From the human T2T-CHM13v2.0 reference genome, Homo sapiens, in NCBI RefSeq assembly GCF_009914755.1, contig NC_060930.1: DNA of 64,000 nucleotides, one strand, 5' to 3'. The position numbers and the translations under genes were made by a program. The number at the start of each line of letters is the position of its first letter. The first letter of the stretch is position 1. The notes under the pieces are model-generated. The model did no database searches. It was not told the origin of the DNA and saw only the letters and a list, made by a program, of their open reading frames with translations. This document shows positions 1-15,183 of this stretch, one piece after another.

Positions 1-24
1 TTTAAATATTAACCTTTGAAATGA

Positions 25-230
25 TTGTAGTTAACAACAATATACTGTATTCTCGAGAAATGCTGAGAGTAGATTTTAAGTGTTCTCATCACAAAAATGA
101 TAACTACATGAGGTAAAGTATGTTAATTAGCTTGATTTAGCCATTCCACAATGTATACACATTTCAAATTACCATACTGTGTACACTAAAAATATACAAT
201 TTTATGTCAATTTAAAAAAATAAAAAATTT
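25..230 (+). mobile_element. L1MA-type LINE-1 3' end fragment
   Basis: Typical L1MA 3'UTR text (gagagtagattttaagtgttctcatcacaaaaatgataact...gatttagccattccacaatgtatac) ending in an A-rich tail. Confidence 0.8.
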
Positions 231-904
231 AAAAACCTAATGAAGTAACAGAATGAAGCAAATAGTATCCTCTCCTGATTTAACTCAGAGGCTTTACTTT
301 AGCATTTCTTCATTATTGGATCAAATCAAAGTTCACAGTAGCTCTTCAATAAATATTTCTTGAATAAATGAATGGATCAAATTCAGGGAATATGGGAATA
401 AATAATGGAGTGAGTTAAAATATGTATCACTTTAAGATTTGGAACCTCTGGGAAAATTATTTTTTATTTCTGATCACATAATACCCTCAAGTTATTTCAT
501 TCCTTCATTTTTTTTTATTTGGACAGAATAGAATATTTTTCATCCATGCTACTTAAACGTTCTTTTGGGTCCTTGCTGTCTTTTGCTATAACCTGAATAT
601 CAATTGTTCTTTAATATTTTATCTTTAGTGTTTGGCTAAGTTATATTTCATGGCATGTAATAACATTTGTAATGCTATTCATAGTAGATAGATTCAATTT
701 GCCCTCTCAATGGCTTTATACTTGAATAAGCACCTGTGCTTTTTCTACTGAGCCTATGAAAAGTTTCTCATCAAAATATATACTTTGTTGGTAAGCATAT
801 CCTGTTATTTGGTATTTTATTTGACATTAAATATATGAACTAGTATAAAAGTACAAAAATATGAAAGAAAGAAATAATAATTGAAATTTAGCATAATTAA
901 TGCT

Positions 905-1810
905 CTATTTTTCAAAAGAACCATTAAGAAAATGAGTTGGCAAGCCATAGAGTGGGGAAAATTATTTCCAATCCATATATCAGATAAAGGACTCATAATC
1001 AGACTAGATAAAGAATTGTACATAAGAAATACAAAGAAAAATCAATAAAAATGGTCAAAATTTAGAACAGATGTATGAAAAAGAATGACAAAATATCTAA
1101 GAAGCACATAAAAATGTGCCCAACATTATTAGTTGTCAAGGAAGCATAAAATCAAAATAGTTGACTACTATACATTCCTAAAATGGCTAAAATTTTTAAA
1201 GACTGACAAAACCAAAGGTTACCGTGAATATACAGCAACTGGAGCTTTTCTAATTAGTAGTGGTTGAGTAACATAATAAAAATAAACAGGAAAATTAATA
1301 ATTTCTTATAACAATGCATATTTACTTCTTCTGTGATCTAGTGATTCCTCTTCTATGTAGAGTGCAAGATAAATTAAAATATATGTACATAAAATGTTCA
1401 TACAAAACTATTTACAATAGCTGAATTCATCCTAGCCAAAACCCAGAATACTTAAGAACAGAAAATGGATAAACAAACAATTATAATATGGAACACTCCT
1501 CACCAACAGTGAATGCATTTCAAAATTATTAAGGTTAAAGAAACCAGACACAAAAGATTAGATATCATATGATTCTACTTATATGAAGTTCTAGAACAAG
1601 TGAAACAAAGCTATAGTGATAAAAGCCCAAATTTGCCTCAGGATGTAGGGGTGGGGATTGACTAAGAAGGGGTGCAATGGAACTTTATGGAGTGATGAAA
1701 ATTTTCTATGTAATAGTGTTGTGGGTTACACATGTGTAAGAACTTGTCAAAGTCGATTAAACTATAAACATAAGGTATACATATTTCACTGTAAATTTCA
1801 TTATATAATG
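905..1810 (+). mobile_element. Old L1 (L1MC/L1ME-type) ORF2-end/3'UTR fragment
   Basis: Degenerate ORF2 C-terminal sequence (atatcagataaaggactcata, aaaatgtgcccaacattattag) followed by L1M 3'UTR (gattctacttatatgaagttctagaacaag). Boundaries approximate. Confidence 0.7.
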
Positions 1811-1891
1811 TCAATTTATAATATATATCCCAATTTATAATACATAACTAGAAATATAGAACAAATTCAGAAGAAACTGTTGTTGGATTTT

Positions 1892-4800
1892 GGAGGTGGA
1901 GCAAGACAACTGAATAGAATCCTCCACTGATTGTCCTCCCTATAGGAACACCAAATTCTACAATTATCTACAGAAAAAAAAGCACCTTCATAAGAAACAA
2001 AAATCAGGTAATTGATGCCAGTACCTGATTTTAACTTTACATCACTGAAAGATGCACTGAAGAGGGTAGGAAAGACAATCTTGAACTGGCAAAGTCAGCC
2101 ATCCCCGCAACCCCAGCAGAAGACACTGGGCAAAAAGAGAGAATCTGTGTGCCTGTGGGAGGGAGAGCATAGTAATTGTGGGACTTTGCACTGGAACTCA
2201 GGGTTGCCAACACCAGGCAGAAATCAGCAAACACTCATGAAGGGAGTATTCAGACAAGCCCTAGCAAGAGCGGAATCGCCCATCCCAGCAGTCAGAACTT
2301 TAGGTTGTGAGCTTTCCCATGGCAGCCTAAAAAGTGCTCTGGGGTCCTAAATAAACTTGAAAGACTGTCTAGGACACAAGGAATGCAACTCTTAGACAAG
2401 TCCTAGGGCTCTGCTGGGCTCAAAGCCAGTGGCTTTGGGGGGCATATTACCTAGTGAGATACCAGCCTGAGCAGCTAAGGGAGTATTTGCACCACCCCTA
2501 CCCCAAACCCAGGCAGCGCAGCTCACAGTTCCAAAAAATACCTTTTAATTCAACTTGAGGAGAGGAGGGGGAAAAATAAAGAGGATTTTGAAGTGCAACT
2601 TGGATATCAGCTCAGCCATAGTATGATAGGGCACGGAGTACAGCCGGGAGGCCCCCCTTCCAGGCCCTAGACCCCAGTTGACATTTCTAGACACAACTTG
2701 GGCCAGAAGGGAACACATTGCCTTGAAGGGAAGGACCCAGTACTGGCAGAATTCACTACCTGCTGACTAAAGAGCCCTTAAGCACTGAATAACAGCAGCA
2801 GTAACCAGGTAATACAAACCATGAGCCTTGGGTGAGACTCTGAGACACACTGGATTCAGGTGTGACCCAGCATATACACAGCTGTAGTGGCAATGAGAGA
2901 TATCCCTTCTGTATGAGAAATATAGAGTGAAGAATGAAGGGGACTTTGTCTTACTGCTTAGGTACCAGCTCAGCCACAGTGGGGAAGTGAGTTCTTGGGT
3001 TCCCTGATTCCCAATTTTTGCTCTTGGACAGCATTTCTGTATGCACCCTGGGCCAGAAGGGAGCCCACTGCCCTATAAAATGAGTCACAGGCCTGGGAGA
3101 ATTCACCATAAGCTGACTGAGGAAACCTTGTGCCTTAAGTAAATACCTGTGGTACTCTGGCAGTACTCCCCACGGGCCTGTGGTGGTGGTGAACATGGGG
3201 AGAAACTCCTCTGCCTGGAGAAAAGGGAAGATAGATTGGGAAGGACTTTGTCTTGTGATTTTGGTGCCAGCTTAGCCACAGTAGAATAGAACACCAAGTA
3301 GATTTCTGAGGTTTCTGACTCCAGCTCTAGCTCCAAGATAGCATCTCTGAACAAACCCAGGACCAGGGAGTGCTCACCATGCTAAAGGGAAGGACACAAG
3401 ACTGGCTGGTGTTGCCACCTGCTGATTGTAGAGCCCTAGGTCATTAGGCAAACATAGGCAGTGGCCAAGTGGTGGTTACAATGGGCTTTGGGCGAGACTC
3501 AATGCTGACCTGGCCGCAGGTCTGACCCAGTGCAGTCCTAGTAGTGGTGGCCAAAGGTGTGCATGTGTTACCCCTCTCATAGCTCCAAACAACTCAGCAT
3601 AGAGAGAGAGGAAGATTCAATTTGTTTGGGAGAAAGTAAAGGAAGAGAACAGGAGTCTCTGCCTGTAATCCAGGGCATTCTAGCGACGCTTATCCAAGAT
3701 TACCAATGCAGTACGTCTACAAGTATGCAAGAACTACAGCATTACTTAGCTCTGGGTACACCCTAATTTAGATACAGCTTCAGTGACCAAAGCTTAGATC
3801 ACAACACCCAAGTCCTTTGAATACCTGGAAAACCTTCCCAAGAAGGATGGATACAAAAAAGCCCGGACTGTGATGACTACAATAAATACCTAACTCTTCA
3901 AAGACCAGACACCAGCAAACATCCACAAGCATGAAGAACATCCAGGAAAACATGAATTCACTAAATGAACTAAATAAGGTACCAAGAACAAATCTCAGAG
4001 ACACAGAGATAATTGATCTTTTACACAGAATTTAAAATAGCTATTTTGAGGAAACTCAAAGAAATTCAACACAATGCAGAGAAAGAATTCAAAATCCTAC
4101 CAGATAAATTTAACAAAGAGATTAAAATATTTAAATACAATCAAGAAGAAATTCTGGAGTTGAAAATGCAATTGACCTACTGAAGAATGCATCAGAGTTG
4201 TTTTCTTTTGCTTTTGAGACAGAGTCTCATTCACTCTACAGCTCAGGCCGGAGTCCAGTGGCATAATCTTAGCTGACTGCAGCCTCCATCTCCCAGGTTC
4301 AAGTGATTCTCCTACCTCAGCCTCCTGAGTCGCTGGAATTAGAGGTGTGAGTCTCTGCACCAGGCTCATCAGAGACTTTTAACAGCGGAATTGATCAAAC
4401 AGAAGAAAGAATTAGTGAGTAACAGGCTATTTGAAAATATACATTCAGAAGAGACAAAATGAAAAAGATTTTTAAAAAATGAAACACACCTACAAGATCT
4501 AAAAAATATACTTAAAAGGGCAAAACTAAGTGTTATTGGCCTTAAAGAGGAGGTAGAGAAAGGGATAATAAAAAGTTTATTCAAGGGAATAATAACAGAG
4601 AAATTTCCAAATTTAGAGAAAGATATAAATATCCAAGGAAAAGAAGGTTATAGAACACCACTGTGACTTAACCAAAAGAAGACTACTGCAAGGTATTTAA
4701 TAATCAAACTCCAAAATGTCAAGGATAAAGAAAGGATTCTGAAGGCAACAAGAGAAAAGAAAAATAATAATATGCAATTGAGCTCCAATATGCCTGGCAG

Positions 4801-7800
4801 AAGACTTTTTGGTGGAAATCTTACGAGCCAGGAGAGAATGGCATGACATATTTAAAGTGATGAAAAGAAAAATATTTTACTCCAAAATAGTATATTTTGT
4901 GAAAATACATTTCAATTGTGAAGGAGAAATACTTTCCCAGACAAACAAAAGCTGAAGAATTTCAACAATACCAGACCTGTCCTGCAGGATATGCTAAAAG
5001 AAGTACTTCAATCAGTAGGAAAAAGATGTTAATTTCCCCTGAGAAATCCTCTTAAGGTAAGAAACTCACTGGTAATTGTAAGTACACAGGAAAACACAAA
5101 ACATAATAACACTATAACTCTAGTGTGTAAACTGCTATTAAGTAGAAAGTATAAAACATGAACCAATCAGAATTAATAACTACAATAACTTTTCAAGATG
5201 TAGACAATAAGATGTAAGTAGGAAGAACAAAAAGTTTAAAAGTGTGGAAACAAAGTTAAAGTGTAGAGTTTATTAGATTTTAATTTGCTTGTTTGTTAGT
5301 TTGTGTGTTTATGTAAGCAGTGTTAAGTTTGTTATCAGCTGAAAATAATGGGTTATAGAAAACTATTTGCAAGCCTCATGGTAACCTGAAATAAAAAAAC
5401 ACACAATGGATACACAACAAACAAAAAGTAAGAAATTAAATCATACCACCAGAGTAAAACACCTTCATTAAAAGGAAGACAGGAAGAAAGGAAAGAAGAA
5501 AGAGAAGACCACAAAACCACTAGTAAACTAATGAGAAAATGGCGGAAGTTAGTCCTTACTTAATGATAATTACGTTTATTGTAAATAAACTAAATTTTTC
5601 AATAAAAAGACAAGGAGTGGCTCAATAGATTTAAAAAAACAAGAACTCTATAATCTGTTGCCTACATGAAGTACACTTTACTTATAAAGACATATATACA
5701 CTGAAAATAAAGAGATGGAAAAAAAATATTCCATGCCAGTGAAAACCAAAAAAGACCAGGATTAGGTATACTTATATCAGACAAAATAGATTTCAAGATA
5801 AAACTATAAGAAGAGACAAAGAAGGTCATTATGTAATGATAAAGGTGTTGATTCTTCAAGAGGATATAAAAATTATAAAAATGCTTGCATTCAACACTAG
5901 AAGACCAAGATATATGAAGTAAATATTATTAGAGATGGACCAAAATACAATAATAGCTAGAGAGTCCAACTCCCCACTTTTAGCATTGGACTGATTTTCT
6001 AGACAGAAAATCAACAAAGAAACATCAGACTTAATCCGCATTATAGACCAAACATACCTAATATATATTTATGAAACATTTCATCCAGTGGCTTTAGAAT
6101 ACACATTATTTTCCTCAGCACATGGATCATTCTCAACAATAGACCATATGTTAGGCCACAAAGAAAGTATTAAAATATTTTAAAAACACTATCAAATATC
6201 TTCTCTGCCCACAATATAATAAAGTTAGAAATCAATAACCTGAGAGAATTTGAAAACTATAGAAACACATAGAAATTAAGGAATATGTTCCAGAATGACC
6301 AGTAGATCAATGAATAAATAAAGAAGGAAATTGAAAAATTTCTTGAAACAAATTACAATGAAAACACAATATACCAAAACCTACTGGATACATCAAAAGT
6401 GTCAATAAGAAGGAATTTTATAGCTCTAAGTGCCTATATCAAAAAAGAACAAAAATTTCAAATAAACAACCCAATGATGCATCTTAAAAACCGAAAAGCA
6501 AGACCAAACCAAACCCAAAGTTAGTCAAAGAAAAGAAATAATAAAGGTCGAGCAGAATCAATGAAATAGAAACAAAGAAAACAATACAAAAAATCAAAAA
6601 AATAAAAAGTTGGGTTTTTTTTAAAAAGATAAAATTGACAAACCTTTAGCCAGAGTAACTACAAAAAAAAGAGTGGAGATCCAAATAAATAAAATCAGAG
6701 ATGGAAAAGGAGACATTACAACTAACACCATAGAAATTCTAAGATCATTAGAGGCTATGATGAGCAACTACATGTCAATCAATTGCAAAACCTGGAAGAA
6801 ATGGATAAATACCTGACACATACAAACTACCAAAAATGAACCATGAAGAAATCCAAAACATGAACAGACCAATAGCAAGTAACAAGATCAAAGCCATACT
6901 AAAAAGTCTCCAAGAAAAGAAAAGCCCAGGACCCAATGGCTTCACTGCTGAATTCTACCAAACATTTAAAGAAGAGTTAATACCAATTCTACTCAAACTA
7001 TTCCAAAAAATAAAGGCAGAGGGAATACTTCCAAACTCCTTCTATGGGGCCAGTATTACCCTGATACCAAAACCAGACAAAGACAAATCAAAAAGGAAAA
7101 CTACAGGCCAATATCTCTGATAAACATTGATGCAAAAATCCTCGACAAAATACTAGCAATTTATATCAACAACACATTAATAATATCATTCATCACGACT
7201 AAGTGAGATTTATCCCAGAGATGGAAGGATTTTTCAACGTATGCAAATTACTCAATGTGACACATCGTGTCAGCAGAATGAAGGATAAAAACCATATGAT
7301 CATTTGAATTGATGCTGAAAAATCATTTGATAAAATTCAACATCCCTTCATGATAAAAACCCTCACAAAGCTGGGTTTAGAAACAACAAAATAATATATC
7401 AACATACTAAAAGCCATATATGACAGACCTACAGCTAATATTATGCTGAATGGTGAGAAACTGAAAGCCTTTCCTCTAACATTTGGAATACCATTAGGTT
7501 GCTCACTTTCATTGCTGTTACTCAACATTGTACTAGAAGTCCTACCTAGAGAAATTAGACAAGAGAAAGAAATAAAGAGCATCAAAATTGAAATAAAAGA
7601 AGTCACATTATCCTTATTTACAGAAAACATTATCTTATATTTGAAAAAAATGGTTCAAACTGATAACAAATTCAGTAAAATTACAGGAAACAAAATAAAC
7701 ATACAAAAATCTGTAGCATTTCTATAACCAGAGAGCAAACAATTGGAACAAGACATCAGGAAAATAATCCCATTTACAATAGCTACAAATAAAATAAAAT

Positions 7801-9285
7801 ACCTAGGAATTAATTTAACCAAAGAAATGAAATATCTCTGTAATGAAAATATTTACACATTGATGAAAAAAATTGAAAGGGACAAGAAAAAATTGAAAGA
7901 TATTCCATGTTCACGGATTGGAAGTATCAATTATGTCAAAATATTCATACTACCCAAAGCAATCTACAGATTCAATGCAATCTCTATCAAAATATCAATT
8001 ACATTTTTCATAAAAATAGAAAAAAACAATTCTGAAACTTATATGGAACCACAAAACATTCAGTACAGTCAAAGATCTCCTGAGCAAAAGAAAAAAAATA
8101 CTGGAGAAATGATATTATATGACTTCAAATTCTCCTACAGAGGTATAGTAGTAACCAAACAGCATGGTACTGACATTAAAACGGACACATAGACCAATGG
8201 AACAGAATAAAGCACCCAGAAACGTAACAATACATTTACAGCGAACTCATTTTCAACAAAAGTGCCAAGAACATGCATTGGGGAAGGACAGTGTCTTCAA
8301 TAAATGGTATTGGGAAACCTGAGTCTCCATATGCAGAACGAAATTCGACCCCTATCTTTGGCCGTATGCAAAAATCAAATAAAAATGGATTAAAGAGTTA
8401 ATTAAGTCTAAGACTTAAAACTATGAAACTACTATAAGAAAATATTGGGGAAAATCTCCAGGATATTGAACTGGGCAAAGATTTCTTGAGTAATATCCCA
8501 CAAGCACAGGTAACCAAAGCAAATATTGGCAAACGGGATCACACCAAGTTAAAAAGCTTCTGCACAGTGAAGGAAACAATCAACAATGTGAACAGACAAC
8601 CCACAGAGTTGGAGAAAACATTTACAAAGTATCCATTTGACAAGGGTTCAATAATGAGAATATATAAGGACCTAAAACAACTCTATGGGGAAAATATAAT
8701 AATTTAATTTTAAACTGTGCAAAAGATATGAATGGACATTTCTCTAAAGAAGACATTCAATGGCAAAGAGATATACGAAAAGGTGCTCAACACCACTGAT
8801 CATCAGAGAAATGCAAATCAAAAGTACAATGAGCTATCACTTCCCAGTTGAAATGGCCTCTATTCAAAAGGCAGACAATAACAAATGCTGCAGAGGATGG
8901 ATGTTTAGAAAAGGGAACCATTGTACACTCTTGCTAGAGATGGAAATTAGTGCAATCACCATGGAGAACAGTTTAGCAGTTCCTCAAAAAACTAAAATTG
9001 AGCTATCATACGATCCTGCAATTCTACTCCTAGGTATATATCCAAAAGAAAAAAAAATGGTATATTGAATAAATATCTACACTCTCATGTTTATTGTGGC
9101 ACTATTCACAATAGCCAAGATTTGGAAGCAAACTAAGTGTCCATCAACAGATAAACGGTTAAATAAAATGTGGTACATATACACAATGGAGTACTATTCA
9201 CCCATAAAAAAAATGATATCCTGTCATTTGCAACAACATGGGTGGAACTGGAGATCATTATGTTAAGTGAAATGAGCCAGGCAAA
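1892..9285 (+). mobile_element. Near-full-length decayed L1 (L1MA1-3/L1PB-age) lacking its 3'UTR
   Basis: Long 5'UTR from ggaggtggagcaaga, ORF1 remnant ~3900-5050, long inter-ORF spacer, ORF2 remnant from ~5540. ORF-track fragments (6836-7120 [20 protein letters not shown], 7443-7727, 7743-8192, 8760-9068) are L1 ORF2p-like with many stops and frameshifts. Confidence 0.92.
4198..4366 (-). mobile_element. Monomeric Alu (FRAM-like) inserted in L1 ORF1
   Basis: Single Alu arm with degraded T-tail, flanked by the direct repeat catcagag (4190-4197, 4367-4374). Confidence 0.85.
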
Positions 9286-9513
9286 AGAGTGAAGGAGAAA
9301 CAGCCACATCTTACATGGGCAGAGCAGGAGGAAGAGAGGGCAGGGAATGTGCTACACACTTTTAAACTGAGCACTCACTATCACAATAGCAGCAATGGGG
9401 TAGGGGGGATCTGCCCCCATGACACAATCACCTCCTACCAGGCCCCACCTCCAACACTGGGTATTATCATTCAACGTGAGATTTGGATGGGGACACAAAT
9501 CTAAACCATATCG
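9284..9513 (-). mobile_element. Partial MST-type MaLR LTR
   Basis: Ends in gagatttggatggggacacaaatctaaaccatatc, the reverse complement of the MST LTR start. The other half of the LTR is absent. Confidence 0.85.
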
Positions 9514-10760
<1,247 letters not shown>

Positions 10761-13286
10761 CAAGTAGTTTAAAAAATACATGTATTTTGAGTATTAACTC
10801 TTCTATAGTGTAGTATATTTAATTTCTAAATATACCTTATAGTCTTTCCATGACACTTTTCTTCTCAGTTTACCTGTTAAATATTTAATCTACAATTTGA
10901 AATACTACCATGCTATCAAATATTAGAAAATTCCATTCTGCATTCCTCATTTGACTTTTTACAATAAAATATATCCCTGAGATCAGTACATCATTAACAT
11001 TATCAAATAAGACCTCCCATTTTTCTCTAACCTGAAAATATTTAACTATATGATTCAATTTACTCAATCTGAATAGTAAGTTATATAAAATATTTATGTC
11101 AGAGTATTTTCAAAGGGGATTTGAAGTTCATTACAAAGGGGACAATATGATTATAATAAAGCTAATAATTGAGATGTGCCTAAGTTTTTCCAAGGCTTCT
11201 TTTCGCTGGAGGTAAAAATAGGTTAATGGTAGTAGCTATAATCCTGTCAAAAAGGGTTTCTAACCCTACTTACTCATATAATAATTTCTAGTCACATTCA
11301 AAGTCACTCTCTGTCATCTCTGGAAATTTTTATGCAGTTGCTCACATGTAATTAACAACTAGAATATCAGCCAAAGTTATCCTGCAGTAGTAACCATATT
11401 TTCAATTTCTATTCTGATACTTAGTCTATGCCAATCTCCACTGCTCTCAAAATCACCTAACAAAATCTTATTATTGTATCTTTGGCACGTATTCAATTTA
11501 AAAGTCATAATCTCCAATAAGAATTGGATGTTAAAAACAGCAGTCTATTATATGAATCAAATGTATGGTTGGCTAAACATTTTTAAATCTTTATCCTTTC
11601 TTGGATTAGGAAACACAATGAGCACCTGATTCTCTCTACAATTTCCCCTTGATTCAGATTTTTTATGATCTGTCATCTGGAGACTTAGCAAACCTCTTAT
11701 CTTATTTCCAAATCACCTGTCTCTTTTCCTTCTAGTTTTTCCCACTGTCAAAATGAAAATCTCCTGCAAAAATGGTTCTATTATATCAATTATTTCATAA
11801 TTGTTGTATTTCTCTGTAGACATGGCAGATCAAATGTTTTTAATATATCACTCCCATGAATTCTATAAAAGTATAATAAATGGATTTACAATAATGGTTT
11901 AATTGACCCAAAGGTATTCAGTGGTGAATTCTACCATGTATTTAAGTAAGAAATTATACCAACCTTTTACAGTCTCTTCCAGAAGATAGACACAGGGGAA
12001 GTACTTCCCAATTCATTCTATGAGTTCAGTATTGCCCTAATACCAAAACCAAAGAAAGATATTACAAAAAAAGAAAACTATGGAACAATGTCTCTCATGA
12101 AGACAGATAAAAAAGTCCTCAACAAAATATTAGAAAACTGAATTCAGCAATGCATTAAAAGAATTATATACCACAACCAATTGGTATTTGTCCCAGCAAT
12201 GCAAGACTGGTTCAAGGTTCAAAAAGAAAGTAATGTAACATATTACATCAACAAGCTAAAGAAGAAAAGGCACATGTTCATATCAGTTGATACAGGAAAA
12301 GCATCTGATACAACCCAGCAGCCATTTATGATAAAAACTCTCAGAAAAGTAGAAATAGAGGGGAACTTTCTCAACTTTATGAAGAATATCTATTGAAAAC
12401 CTCAGCAAATATCCTACTTAATGATGAAAAACTGAAAACTTTTCTATTAAGACCAGGAAAATATAAGAATGTCATCTTACCACTCCTTTTCAACATTGTC
12501 GTGGAAGCTCTAGCTAGTAAAATGAGAAAATAAAATATATGATATATAGATTGAGAAGAAAACAATTAAATTGTCATTGTTCTCAGATGGCATAAATGTC
12601 TATTTAGAAAATCTGAAAGAACTGACCAAAAAGAAAAGAAAACTAGTAAGCTTTTTATAGCAAAAAACTGGAACTAGTAAGCAATTATAGCAAAGTTTCA
12701 GGATACGAAGTTAATATACAAAAGTCAATCACTTTCCTAACTACCAGTAATGAACAAATGGAATTTGAAATGGAAAATATTTAGTTAAAAATCTAACAAA
12801 ATATATATAAGATCTAAATATCTATATGAAGAAAACAATGAAACTCTCATGAAAAAAATTAAATAGAAACTAAAAAATGGAGAGACATTCTAGTTCATAA
12901 ATAGGAAGCTTCAATACTGTCAACATGTTAGTCTTTCCCAATTTCATTTATAAATTCCATGGAATCTCAATCAAAATTCTAGCTAATTGCTTTGTGGATA
13001 TTGACAAACCAATAATGTTTACATTGAGAGACTAAAGACCCAGAATAGCCAACATAATATTGAAGGAAATCGAAGTCAGAGGACTGACACTACTCACCTT
13101 CAGACTTACTTTAAAGCTATCAATACACTGTATTGTTGATACAAAATAAAATAAAATAGACAAATAGGTCAATGAAGTAGAACAGAGAGTCCAGAAATAT
13201 ACCCACCTAAATATAGTCAAATGACTTTTTTTAAAAGGCAGAAGCAATACAATGGAGAAAATATAATTGTTTAAACAAGTTGTGTT

Positions 13287-15183
13287 GATATGGTTTGGCT
13301 GTGTCCTCACCCAAATCTCATCTTGAATTGTAACTCCCACAATCCCCACATGTTGTAGAAGGGACCCAGTGGGAAGAAACTGAATCACGGGAGTGGGTCT
13401 TTACTGTGCTATTCTCATGATAGCGAAAAAGTCTCATCAGATCTGATGGTTTTATAAAGGGGAGTTTCCCTCCACAAGATCTCTTCTCTTGTCTGCCACC
13501 ATGTGAGACGTGCCTTTCACCTTCTGCCATGATTGTGAGACCTCCCCAGCCACGTGGAACTGAGAGTCCATTAAACCTCTTTCTTTTGTAAATTGCCCAG
13601 TCTCAGGCATGTCTTTATCAGCAGTGTGAAAACGAACTAATGCAGTAAATTGGTACCAGTAGAGTGGGGTGCTGCTGAAAAGACACATGAAAATGTGGAA
13701 GCAACTTTGGAATGGGGTAACAGATAGAACTTGGAAGAGTTTGGAGGGCTCAGAAGAAGACAGGAAAATGTGGGAAGATTTGGAACTCCCTAGACTCATT
13801 AATGGATTTGACAAAAATGCTGATAATTATATGGACAATGAAATCCAGGCTCAGGTGGTCTCAGATGGAGATGAGGAACTTGTTGGGAACTTAATCAAAG
13901 ATACTGTTGTTATGTTTTAGCAAAGAGACTAGCAGCATTTTGCCCCTGCCCTAGAGATTTGTGGAACTTTGAGCTTAACAGAGATGATTTATGGTATCTG
14001 GCAGAAGAAATTTCTAAGCAGCAAAGCATTCAAGATGTGACCTGGATGCTATTAAGGGCATTCAGTTTTAAAAGGGAAACAGCATAAAAGTTTTAAAATT
14101 TGCAGCCTGACAATGGAACCTCAGCCTATATTTCAGAAGATGTATGGAAATACCTGGATGCCCAGGCAGAAGTTTGCTGCAGGGGCAGGGCCCTCATGGA
14201 GAACCTCTGCTAGGGCAGTGCAGAAGGGAGATGTGGGGTCAGAGTCCACATACAGATTCTCTTCTGGGGCACTGCCTAGTATGAACTGTGAGAAGAGGAC
14301 CACCATACTCCTGACCCCGGAATGGTAGATCCACCGCCAGCTTGCCACGTGTGCCTGGAAAAGCTGCAGACACTCAACACCAGCTTGTGAAGGCAGCCAG
14401 GAGGGGGGTTATAACCTGCAAAGCCACAGGGGCAGAGCTGCCTAAGGTCGTGTAAGTCCACCTCTTGTATCAGTGTGACTTGGATACGAGACATGGAGTC
14501 AAATGAGATCATTTTGGGAGTTTTAAGATTTGACTGCACAGATTTTGGAATTGCATGGGGCCTGTAGCCCCTTTGTTTTGGCCAATTTTTCCAATTTAGA
14601 ATGGTTATATTTACCCAATGCCTGTACACCCATTGTATCTAGGAAGTAACTAACCTGCTTTTGATTTTGCAGGCTCATAGGCGGAAGGGACTTGCCTTAT
14701 CTCAGATGAGACTCTGGACTGCAGACTTTTGAGTTAATGGTGAACTGAGTAAAGATTTCAGGGGACTGTTAGGAAGGCATGATTGGTTTTGAAATGTGAG
14801 AACATGTGATTTAGGAAGGGCCAGGGGTGGAATGATATGGTTTGGCTGTGTCCCCCCACAAATTTCATCTGAATTTCTATGTGTTGTGGGAGGGACCCAG
14901 TGGGAGGTCATTGAATCATGGGCGTGGGTGTTTCCCATGCTGTTCTCATGATAGTGAATGAGTCTCATGAAATCTGATGGTTTCATAAGGGGGAGTTTTC
15001 CTGCATAAGCTCTCTTTTTGCCTGCTGACATCCATGTAAGATGTGACTTGCTCCTTCTTGCCTTCTGCCATGATTGTGAGGCCTCCCCAACCAATGTGAA
15101 AGTGTAAGTCCACTAAACCTCTTTCTTCTGTAAATTTCCCAGTCTCAGGTATGTCTTTATCAGCAGCATGAAAACAGACCAAT
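13287..15183 (+). mobile_element. THE1 (THE1B-like) MaLR provirus: 5'LTR 13287-~13645, internal region, 3'LTR ~14833-15183
   Basis: Two LTRs starting tgatatggtttggctgtgtcc. THE1-int starts gtaaattggtaccagtagagtgggg. PPT gggccaggggtggaa precedes the 3' LTR. Confidence 0.93.
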
